The position numbers and the translations under genes were made by a program. Below are positions 53,533 through 64,000 of a stretch of 64,000 nucleotides of DNA, piece after piece. Below the pieces are notes generated by a model. That model was not told the DNA's origin. It saw nothing but the letters and a program-made list of their open reading frames with translations, and did not search any database. The stretch comes from Octopus vulgaris (Eukaryota), in NCBI GenBank assembly GCA_951406725.2, contig OX597819.1, positions 15,934,001 through 15,998,000 on the forward strand, read 5' to 3'. Every line of letters begins with the position of its first letter. Within the stretch, counting starts at the first letter, position 1.

Positions 53533-53846
53533 TAATAACAATAGCATGTGTGATAACAGCAAGCACATCAAAGCCGGCCTCGACGTGATCGATCAACCGC
53601 CTAGAAAAAGCAGCCAAATTTCGTCCGAATCAAGCTCTGTCGTTTTAAAAGGGGAAGTAATACGGGAGACACTATAGGAAGAAGAATACCGATTGGATGG
53701 TTATGGCTGGAATGCAAGAAGGTTGTTCCGGACCGTCTCATATTCTATATAATGTCATGTCAATGTTTGAACCAATACCACAAAACTGAAAGTTGGTAAT
53801 TGATAAATAGTAGAAAATAGAATGAACGACATTTTTTTTTATTTAA

Positions 53847-53954
53847 AATCCCTACAGTTGTTTCGACACATTTTTACACCTAAAGTACATTGATGATAGG
53901 TTGTGTAATCATTATCATGCATTCAAGGTGTAAAATGCACTTCCTCCGGTGATT
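53847..53954 (-). ncRNA. Degenerate hammerhead motif with long stem II
   Basis: AATCAC-CGGAGGA-..CATTTTACACC...GGTGTAAAAATG..C-GAAA-CAACTG-TA-GGGATT; core mutated. Confidence 0.45.
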
Positions 53955-54221
53955 GTTTAAATAAGACCTTCATGAGATCCTAACGTCATTTCACTCAGTG
54001 TGCGAATGCATACTCGAAGTGATGTGTCATTGTCAGCAGCTTACAGACAAAACTAAACCTATAGACATAGCGACAGACGAAATATAATTAGAATCAAACT
54101 ACAAAATACAGAAATAAAGAAAAAAAAACAAAAAAAAAAAGACAAAAAAGGGTCAGGTTGACTATAAATTTCAATTCTATCTTCATGGTCAGATTATAAG
54201 GAAGAAAGTACTGAACAGGAT

Positions 54222-54363
54222 GAAGAATAAAATGAAGAATAAAATTAAGCATTAAGAATAAAATTAAGAATTAAATTAAGAATAAAATTAAGAATAAATT
54301 AAGAATAAAATTAAGAATAAAATTAAGAATAAAATTAAGAATAAAATTAAGAATAAAATTAAG
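54222..54363. repeat. 12-bp tandem repeat AAGAATAAAATT
   Basis: About 11-12 imperfect copies. Confidence 0.92.
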
Positions 54364-54636
54364 GTAATAAAGTGATAAAAGGATGAAGACTGACCATTTC
54401 AATTGTTATCAGCTGTTTCTTTGTTTATGTCAAGGATCGAAATTATCCACTGCCTCTCGCAGCGAAACAACTGGCTTCCTTCTACACTTGAATCAGCCCC
54501 TATTTAAAGTTAAATCTGATACCGTTTAGTTTTAATATGCTATTTTGAAAGGTAGGAAAATAAGTTATTACGCCTTCTTACACCGAGACATATTCTTCCA
54601 TATATCCACCTACGAGGTAGTTTATATTGTTTTATA

Positions 54637-54694
<58 letters not shown>

Positions 54695-54800
54695 GGAGTA
54701 AACAAATAAATGTGAAACAAGGTGGAAAAAATGAGTACTCAAATACCAGTGGTAGAGTAATATGCTTTAAATAAAGTATATATATATATATATATATATA

Positions 54801-54992
54801 TAACGGGAAGGTTTATGAAAATAAACAAAAGACGAAGGCAGGTGGAGTACAAACAAACAATTGTATTAGTATGACGCCCAGGAATAGAAATAAAACAAGT
54901 CTTTTACGTTTCGAGCCTACGCTCTTCGACAGAAAGATACACAGAAAAGAAACAAGGAGAGAAAAAAAATTCGTGTAGGAGCTAACGATCCA
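54801..54992 (-). mobile_element. ~200-bp TA-flanked mini-element with variant hammerhead motif (54900-54937)
   Basis: Homologous to 25381-25586; TCTTT-CTGTCGAA-GAGC GTAG GCTC-GAAA-CG-TA-AAAGA. Confidence 0.7.
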
Positions 54993-55177
54993 GCATACAT
55001 ACACACACACATACATATTTTTATATGTATATGTGTATATATACATTATATACATACATAGTTCTTAGCAATATTCTTACTATTTTTAAAGACTGAAGTA
55101 AAAGAAAATAAAGTAAAAAATACATGCATAAAACTATTTGTCTTTGCACATATATACACTTCTTATATACATTCTAA

Positions 55178-55240
<63 letters not shown>

Positions 55241-55245
<5 letters not shown>

Positions 55246-55958
55246 ACAATTGAGGGTAAAATTAATTAGTTATTATCTGAGAGAAATTTTCTTTAAGTAG
55301 TAGAAATGGCTAAAAAGCTTTCTTTTGGCTGCTATTTCTAGTAAGTTCAGTATGTGGCAAGGTAATTTATTTTACTAAGCCCTAATTATATAATGTAATA
55401 TTTTGAATTCGCCTTAAATGGTCCTTTTACATACTGAATACTTGGTGAAATTGATTAATAACTAATTAATTTTACCCTCAATTGTTGATATTATAATTCA
55501 TTTCTCTCTGTCATATTGCCTCGGTTCTCACCGTTAAAATATAATGTTTGCTAGATAACCCACGTGGATGGAAGGGGAGAGCAGGAATCTTCGCTTGCGC
55601 ATTTTGAATTTGTTAGCACCGGCAGTCTGAACGGGTTCATCTGAGGTGATAAGTCGCCGAAGGGTATGTTCTTTCTTTTCAGTGTTTCCAAATCCAAATT
55701 AAGAAATGTTGAGTTGACGAAAGAAATGCTGAGTTTATTTGGCTAATCTAGAAACGTTAATGTTCTCAAATGATCTTTGTACTTGTGATATTTTTCTGTT
55801 TTTACCTCCATACCTTCGTGAGTTATTTTGAGTAAACATTATCTGAGAGAAATTTTCTTTAAGTAGTAGAAATGGCTAAAAAGCTTTCTTTTGGCTGCTA
55901 TTTCTAGTAAGTTCAGTATGTGGCAAAGTAATTTATTTTACTAAGCCCTAATTATATA

Positions 55959-55966
<8 letters not shown>
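55241..55966 (+). mobile_element. Non-coding retrozyme/PLE-pLTR-like element in (TA)n
   Basis: ~128-bp direct repeats at 55272 and 55838 (period 566); 35-bp inverted copy at 55241-55275 of 55456-55490; hammerhead-like motif at 55709-55769. Confidence 0.7.
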
Positions 55967-56018
<52 letters not shown>

Positions 56019-56481
56019 TACATACATACCTATATGGGAACAATTCTTAGTGGTTGAGACCATTGCGGATCTATTTTTAGCGCAAGAGCGACCACATAGT
56101 GGACACTCTCTTATATTTGTGTATTAATTTTTACTGTATCCCAGTTTTTATGCGCTAAACCACTTGGTGTTAAATTGATGTAATTATTAAATTAATATCC
56201 AATTTTTTCACCCTCATTTTTGATATATATATAAATATATATTCATATATACATACATACATACACACATACACACACACGCACGTACACACACATACAC
56301 ACACATACACACACATATATAAACAAAAGAGAGAGAGAAGCAGGCAGAAAGAAGGAAAATGCCACTTCTATTTGAACACTATGCAAATATTCTTTTAAAA
56401 AATGTTTCTTTTAATTTTTCCCAAATTTAATTGTTTTCCATACAGTTGAAAAAGTCTATATAACTGAAACCGGTACCGAAA

Positions 56482-57288
56482 TCTCTCTGTATATAAACGG
56501 CAGTTTGTCTGTCTGTGTGTCTGTGTGTCTGTGTGTCATGTTGTACCCTCACCCTGACCACGGCTTTCAACCGATTCTGATGAAACTTGACACACACGTA
56601 GCCCAATGTCATAATTCAAAACTAACGCAGCGAAAATTTTGAAAAGTTCCCCCGGTTCTGAAAAAAAATCGATAAATTCGACATGGGTCGAGAATCTAAG
56701 CTTTTTATATGCAACACATTTTCTACAGACTGTCTAGGGGACGCAACTCGACCTTTTTAACTCTCGGAACACGTGGGGTAAGTATCCCAAAATGTATAAA
56801 TATGTACAAAAACGCCAATAAAGCGGGCAGCAATGTGAGTGACAATAACGAAAAAGTCAAAAGTGACCAAACTGAACAAACGAATGGAAAAGGTTTTTTG
56901 ATGCACACGACAAAAGCGGTTTATAATAAACCAAGAGTTTGTAAGTAGCGTCCGAGGACCCTTAGGGTACGTCAAAAATTTAAGGTAAAACGTTTGGGGT
57001 GGTAGTTATAAAGAAAGTGTAAACAAAAAAAGGATTCGAATAACTTGCGGCTGCAGTAGCTATTAGCAGAAATGGCGGTGTTGGGGGTAAAGTCTCGAAT
57101 GTAATTTCTTCCTGGTAGGAATTGGTTGGGTTGAATTATCGATAGCTGTTAGTTATTTGGGAGTGAAGAGAAGACATTGCAACCTACACATGCGCCTTTG
57201 TTCCTTAGAGGGAAAAGACTAGATTGGGATTAGTCGTTGCCTACTAGGGGCTCTTACATACCCGGGCAACGCCGGGCTATGCTGCTAG
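56482..57288 (+). mobile_element. Non-autonomous Helitron
   Basis: A|TCTCTCTGTATATAAAC start; CCCGGGCAACGCCGGG hairpin; CTAG|T end. Confidence 0.88.
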
Positions 57289-57355
57289 TGTTTTTTATAA
57301 AATTATTTTAGCATTTTCTATCTTGACTTTTTTCCATAAATATATATCTATAACT

Positions 57356-57360
57356 GTCTG

Positions 57361-57451
<91 letters not shown>

Positions 57452-57461
57452 GTCTACCAAC

Positions 57462-57536
<75 letters not shown>

Positions 57537-57539
57537 CCA

Positions 57540-57599
<60 letters not shown>

Positions 57600-57613
57600 G
57601 TCTGTCTACCAAC

Positions 57614-57708
<95 letters not shown>
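57356..57708. repeat. (TCTA)n microsatellite
   Basis: Direct read. Confidence 0.97.
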
Positions 57709-57709
<1 letters not shown>

Positions 57710-57717
57710 GTGTCTGT

Positions 57718-57750
<33 letters not shown>

Positions 57751-57772
57751 CGCACTCGCGTGCGTGCGCGTA

Positions 57773-58083
57773 TTATGTTGGGAAGAAATCCGCCTCACAT
57801 TTTTGACTCGATCATTTTAAGGATACTTTTTTCAGTTCTTACGGTAAAATAAGCCATAATATTTTCGCGGTCCCTTTCTTCTTTGTAGACTATTTTATAC
57901 AATTGTGGTTAAATTCGTATCCATTTTACCATTTTAAAAATGAGATTAGCTCACATCCATACCAGACACTGCATACTCTTTGAATTCAAAAGGGACTCTT
58001 CAGCTATGGAAGCAGCAAGAAATATTAATTCCGTCTATGGAAAGGATGTTATAAGTGTTCGAACCTGCCAATGATCGTTTCGC
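57773..58083 (+). mobile_element. Mariner 5' fragment
   Basis: ATG at 57940: MRLAHIHTRHCILFEFKRDSSAMEAARNINSVYGKDVISVRTCQ* (N-terminal HTH); TIR-like start after TA. Confidence 0.75.
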
Positions 58084-58236
58084 TCCTCCACACGATCCAC
58101 ATATGATGCCCCTGTGCCAAATAACAGAAATCATCATCATCAACATCATCATCATCATCATCATCATCATAATCACTACCACTACCACACCAAAACCATC
58201 AGCACCATCACCAGAACCATTAATAATATTGTTGAT

Positions 58237-58298
<62 letters not shown>

Positions 58299-58567
58299 TA
58301 TCATTACTTTTATTATGTAAAATAATAATGAACATTAAACAACTTGTGCAACAGAGATATTTTGCGTTGGAAATGTATACACTTTTGTGCATCCGGTGTG
58401 TATAGATGTGAAGAGAGGGCGGGTAGGGTCGTGTAGGAATTATGTACAAAACAATACATAATACAGACCCACAATGCATTTCAGATTTCAAAACAATGTC
58501 ACGTGACCAATGAATTAGAATTTTTTCCTCTTTTTTTTTTTTTTTTTTTTACTCTGTTTTGTTTCAG

Positions 58568-58645
58568 ATTCAGGAAATTCTTCTCTGAATTCTTTAGATC
58601 TTCACCGAAATGAAAATTGTGGCGGATGGGGCGGCGTGCGGAGAG
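58568..58645 (+). other. Candidate 78-nt exon
   Basis: Long T-tract + tttcAG acceptor, GAG|GTATGT donor; phase 1 open ([26 protein letters not shown]). Confidence 0.35.
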
Positions 58646-58755
58646 GTATGTACAGTGGTGCTTCGGTGTGTGTGTGTGTATTTGTGTGTACATGTGCATG
58701 GTGTGTATGTGTGTGGCATGAGTAAAACAATATTTTTGTCTAGTATTTATGTATT

Positions 58756-58920
58756 GGCGCATGAGTAGCTGTGTGGTACGTAGCTTGCTAACCAACCACA
58801 TGGTTCCGAGTTCAGTTCTACTGCTTGCCACCTTTGGCAAGTGTCTTCTACTATAGCCTCGGGCCCACCAAAGCCTTGTGAGTGGATTTGGTAGATGGAA
58901 ACTGAAAGAAGCCCGTCGTA
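58756..58920 (+). mobile_element. SINE family A, 5' half
   Basis: Head and body up to the internal TA tract. Confidence 0.85.
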
Positions 58921-58933
58921 TATATATATGACG

Positions 58934-59014
58934 AAACGTTAAATCCTCCTTCTTTCTTTCCTTTCCTGAGCGTCCAATAACACTATACTTGTTCCACGTC
59001 TGCTCGTGGAACAA

Positions 59015-59018
<4 letters not shown>
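58934..59018 (+). mobile_element. Fragment of the TA-associated mini-element ending in a 15-bp fold-back
   Basis: CGAAACGTTAAA..TTTCCTGAGCG as in the 25381 family; TATACTTGTTCCACG / CGTGGAACAAGTATA then (TA)n. Confidence 0.55.
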
Positions 59019-59100
<82 letters not shown>

Positions 59101-59251
59101 GTTTATATATGTATATATATGTATATATATATGTATATGTATGAATGTATGAATGTATGTATGCATATGTATACGTATATATGTATTTATATTTATATAC
59201 ATGCACATACATACAAACATACATACATACATACATACATACATACATACA

Positions 59252-59282
<31 letters not shown>

Positions 59283-59333
59283 CATACATACATACATACA
59301 TACATACACACACTTACATGCATACATACATAC

Positions 59334-59408
59334 GATGGAGCTTTGTATCTTTGTTAGAATCCAACTCTTTCCTTTCAGGAAGACATCAAATAAGTTGAAA
59401 GAGAACAT
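59334..59408 (+). mobile_element. 3' UTR stub of RLE LINE family 2
   Basis: GATGGAGCTTTGTATCTTTGTTAGA is identical to 31681-31705; follows (CATA)n. Confidence 0.7.
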
Positions 59409-59483
59409 AAATGTTCGAGATGTTTCTCGCTTGAAATTGTCGAAAAGCTCATACCAGGCACAACACACACACTAACACACACA

Positions 59484-59542
<59 letters not shown>

Positions 59543-59620
59543 TCACACACTAACACACAGACACAGACACGCACACACATGCACACGCACGCACACACAC
59601 ACACACACTAACACTCACAC

Positions 59621-59672
<52 letters not shown>

Positions 59673-60128
59673 AAACAGTGACGAAGTACAAATCCACGTA
59701 CGCGCAGGCACATACACAAGCACACAAACACATACACTTCTGTATTAAACTTACACACAGAGTCACTATATTGGTGCAAATTTATCCATACACACACACA
59801 CACACCTTCACACACACACGCGCGCGTGCGCACACAAATAAAGGATCATAATAAAGAATTTGATTTGGAATAGAATATTCTCTCTGTATCTTTTCCATAA
59901 GATAAAGTTAAATCTTTTTTGTCCTCTCTGTAACAATGGGATGTACTTGATCCTGTTCTCAGAGAATCCCCTGCTAAACACGATTATAGAGTGCGTTTAA
60001 CGTTGCAAACAGTGGCAGGAACATACCATAAGTTCGTATCAGTGATGTCTACCATTCTATAAAATTCGACCTTTGACCCTCTTCTTACATTTCCCTTCCA
60101 CTAAGTATATCTACTTCCATGCCTTTAA

Positions 60129-60532
60129 CCCTTTAGTGTTCAGATTCTTTTCTTCTCTAGACACTTCTCTAGACACAAGGCCCGAAATGTTGGGTAAGGG
60201 GCCAGTCGATTAGATTGACCCCAGTACACAACTGGTACTTAATTTATCGACCCCGAAATGATGAAAGGTAAAGTCGACCTCGGCGGAATTTGAACTCAGA
60301 ACGTAAAGACAGACAAAATATCGCTAAGCATTTCGCCCGGCATGCTAACGTTTCTGCCAGCTTGCCGCCTTTAGTGTTCAGATTACTCTGTTAATTGTAA
60401 TAATTTTTCACTCAAATTGTTTTTAATTAATCATGCATTATCTTACAGCTTTGAGGTTTCAATGATTGTTTATTTGAATATAAGACATGTAGAATATTTA
60501 GGCCGGATATGGCCGGTTTAAAGACTAAAGGG
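60129..60532. mobile_element. piggyBac-like MITE (TTAA TSD) interrupted by a SINE
   Basis: TTAA|CCCTTTAGT ... ACTAAAGGG|TTAA. Confidence 0.8.
60147..60368 (-). mobile_element. tRNA-derived SINE family B, full length, with 16-bp TSD
   Basis: GGCGGCAAGCTGGCAGAAACG head, GAGTTCAAATTCC B box; CTTTAGTGTTCAGATT duplicated at 60131 and 60369. Confidence 0.92.
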
Positions 60533-60747
60533 TTAAGCTTTATTCTAATTCGCCTATCGCTCTATATCTTTCCACTATTTAGTCTTCTGCTAATTTCTTT
60601 TTTTCTCCTCCTTCTCTGCCTATAAACTACCTTGACGTTGTATCTACTAACGGCTTTTAAAAAAAAACTTGCTAGCGTTCCCGTCATCATATACGCGGTC
60701 ATCACATTCTGTTAAAATGTCTTAATTGATGTGTTTGTTTTCCTTCT

Positions 60748-60833
60748 TTCTCCGATGAGAAGATTGCACTGTTTTACACCATTTTATTCCTTCTGGAATA
60801 ATACCAATGTTTTCTTCGAAACATATGTCGGAA
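60748..60833 (+). ncRNA. Type I hammerhead motif (one core substitution)
   Basis: TTCT-CCGATGA-GAAGA...TCTTC-GAAA-CATATG-TC-GGAA; palindromic stem III, GUC site. Confidence 0.65.
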
Positions 60834-60941
60834 GTAAAAAGATTTAAAAAAACACTGCTCTTAAAACTCCATTTATTTATTTATTTATTTATTTATACAT
60901 ACATACGTGTGTGTGTGTGTGTGTGTATGTGTGCATATACC

Positions 60942-61118
60942 TACTATAGGCACAAGTCCTGAAATTTTAGGGAAGAGGTAAAATCGATTATATAAACCTC
61001 AGTGCTCAAGTGATTCTTATTCCATCGACCACGAAAGGATGAAAGGCAAAGTCGACGACGGCGGAATTTGAACTCAGAAAGTAAATTTGGAAGAAATGCC
61101 GCAATACATTTTGCTCGG
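60942..61118 (-). mobile_element. SINE family B, diverged and partial
   Basis: GAAAGGCAAAGTCGAC..CGGCGGAATTTGAACTCAGAA. Confidence 0.8.
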
Positions 61119-61128
61119 TGTACAAAAG

Positions 61129-61220
<92 letters not shown>

Positions 61221-61497
61221 AACTATAATGGTGAAATATCGACATCCATCATTCTTGGTCATCTCGGGGTGAGTTGTATCGCCTGGTCTGGACCAGTCAG
61301 TGTTCTTTAACACACGACATCGTGTAGGGAGCTTTCTCATGATGCTGTCTGCAGCAAATTGGCCTAGAAACAAAACATACCTTATGCATGTGCAACCGAT
61401 AAACCTTGCATTATTTGAGCTGCCTTTAATTCGGAATTATATATATACACACAGACACAGACACAGACACAGACACAGACACACACACACACACACA

Positions 61498-61559
<62 letters not shown>

Positions 61560-61742
61560 GTCTCATAGCCGGTCGCCAACACTTTTTTCTGCAAAATATG
61601 GCTAGTTTATCCTGTTCAGGCTATATTATTAGCATTATCCTACGTTTGAGAATTTAAAATCGCTTCTTTAACTTTCTAAGACATCTCAACGCTTCTAGAG
61701 CAAACTTCGTTTGTTTACGTTCATCGTAATTTGAATTTAATA

Positions 61743-61815
<73 letters not shown>

Positions 61816-62539
61816 GTGTGTGTGTTCGTGTGTGCGTGTGTGTGTGTGTGTGTGTATAAAGCTGATGCAAAATGTGAAGTGTAGATGTGAGGATTATGTG
61901 AAAATGGATGCCAAGGTATTTTCAGGTAGATTGATATTTCAATATTTGTATGAACGATAAACTAATATATTAGTTATAAAATGTCAATATAAAATAAAAT
62001 TTGACTATAACAAGCTATTTGTTATAGAGGTGAAAAAATGTCAAAAGTTTACGCGAAAATTATGGGTATGGGAAGTAATTTTGACACCTTAATATTTATA
62101 AGTGTCACTCAAACAGTATGGTTGACATATTGCGGTGAAATTTTCAAGGATATGAATTTCATGTGTTTATTTCATATTTTATCCTTGCACGAGAGTATAA
62201 CATTTTTTCAAGTGTAAAAAGTGTCAAATATTAGACTGGAGTTCTAGGATACAAATGGCGTCAAGACATTCTATGAGATATGTTTCTATCTTTTAAATTC
62301 CAAATATGCATTGCTAATGAATTATCAAATTTTCTATGAACGTTCCTAAAAGTATAATTATGTTGATTGAATCTGAGATAAATGTGTTAGCAGTTAAGCC
62401 AATATATATATAATACCATTCAGATGGGGATACGATTTAGCAGTTACTTGATACTTGTCCAGTTTAGCTTGGTAATTTGTCTTGAACTGGGCAAAAATGA
62501 AATCTGAGTCAGTTTCAAGTTTAGTTAATGCAGGTTTAT

Positions 62540-63000
62540 AAAAATTAATTTTATCATTTTCTTAGTGTTAATTAAGAACTTTGTAATCTCGAAATCCATT
62601 ACTGTCAAGTAATTTAGTTCAGGTTAATTTCCGGGAAATATTTTTCACTTATATAACTTTAAAGGAAATGTGTACAAGTTTTAAGAATATTTTATAAACA
62701 GGGATGTAACCAAAAATAGAACAAGGATAGGTTTATATCATCCTCATTAACAACCCGTCTTTATGTATTGGATAGATTTAATATATGAAATAGTTTCTTT
62801 CAAAACACTTTGATTGGATTGCTACTTTATTAAACGAGGCTTCATCGTAACAGATGGTGGGCAGGAGTTCTGCTGAAATTCTTTAGTAAGTTCGTACAAA
62901 TACATGGAGGCTGGTAGAATTTTTAGTAGTTTTCTCATGCAACTGCTCAAGGGAATGTTAATAGCTTCGACCTAAGCAGTTCCAAACAGACTGTAAAGGT
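62540..63000 (-). pseudogene. Decayed PLE RT thumb-region fragment
   Basis: QPPCICTNLLKNFSR..ICYDEASFNKVA parallels HPSMVFKKQVKGVSKRISNLSSNEDVF of the 38398-40330 element. Confidence 0.4.
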
Positions 63001-63107
63001 TTAGGACCCAGCTCCTTCCTGAAAAAAAACCCCTCAAAAACCCACAGACGCGTAAATACAGTGAGACACACTTATAACACACACACACACACACACACTC
63101 ACACTCA

Positions 63108-63140
<33 letters not shown>

Positions 63141-63219
63141 GCATATACATACACCAATACATGAACACGTGATGGTAGAACAGATCTCTACCAACACATG
63201 TCATACAGCAACAACAATA

Positions 63220-63282
<63 letters not shown>

Positions 63283-63283
63283 G

Positions 63284-63318
<35 letters not shown>

Positions 63319-63444
63319 ACTGCGGCTGCTCTTGCTACCGCAAGATTAACATACAAACAAGTAGCATCAACTACCACCATCGCCAGCATCACTCTTACTG
63401 CCAAGACCATTACCACTATCAGCACCACAACCAGCAGTGTCTCT

Positions 63445-63477
<33 letters not shown>

Positions 63478-63871
63478 ACGGCACAAAAAGTACCACCACC
63501 TGTATCACGACAACGACGACGAATCCTCATCTTCTAATCATCATTAATAACATCATAGACTCCACAGCATCATCTTCCATCAAGCTCTCCACCATCACCA
63601 CCACCACCACCACCACCACCACCACCGCCACCAAAAAGCCCCTGCCACTCTCACCATTGCCACCACACCCCCGCCACCATTGCAATAGCAACAGCAAGGG
63701 AGTGGCCGTGTGAAGAGGGGTGGGAAGAGATGCCAACAACCAACTGAATGTTCCCATTTCTATCAAGTGTAATCTCTTGCCCCCTCCTCTTACTACCACT
63801 CACCTCAGCTCCTCCGTGAGGTGACCACCTGCAACCTATTAACTGACTTAGACATTTCACATGCATCTCTA

Positions 63872-63930
<59 letters not shown>

Positions 63931-64000
63931 ACACACATACTTATAGCATCACATGCACAGCAATAATGTCCTTATGTGAATATATGCATATATGTATGTA

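Noticed and set aside
53003-53617. Mucin-like poly-Thr or poly-Val ORF (also 63061-63713)
   Set aside because: Pure ACT/ACC microsatellite with no codon diversity and no evident splice or signal context.

Overview
Eukaryotic, AT-rich, extremely microsatellite- and transposon-dense DNA with no intact multi-exon or long host ORF. The repeat repertoire suggests a cephalopod (Octopus-like) intronic or intergenic region, which is an inference only. Almost all ORFs in the track are artefacts of simple repeats. Real content: (i) R4/Dong-clade LINEs with RT plus restriction-like endonuclease (RLE), including one 3.1-kb copy at 12063-15180, several 3' stubs in (TAA)n, and a second family in (CA)n/(TACA)n; (ii) a non-autonomous ~550-bp (TAA)n-associated element in 4 copies; (iii) three mariner copies, one full length with TIRs and TA TSD; (iv) a Tigger/pogo-like element carrying a 166-bp tandem array and a Helitron; (v) three Helitrons, one with a PIF1 fragment and one carrying a LINE ORF1-like fragment; (vi) Penelope-like elements (PLEs) with C-terminal GIY-YIG-type nuclease; (vii) three tRNA-derived SINE families, RTE and CR1/L2-type stubs, and a TTAA MITE. 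The most notable unannotated layer is about ten minimal type I hammerhead-ribozyme motifs, canonical or degenerate. They lie mostly in short non-coding elements at (TA)n tracts with inverted and direct repeats (PLE pseudo-LTR or retrozyme-like). A few isolated splice-site-bounded micro-exon candidates may belong to a host gene. All calls were made by eye, with no database search or folding run.
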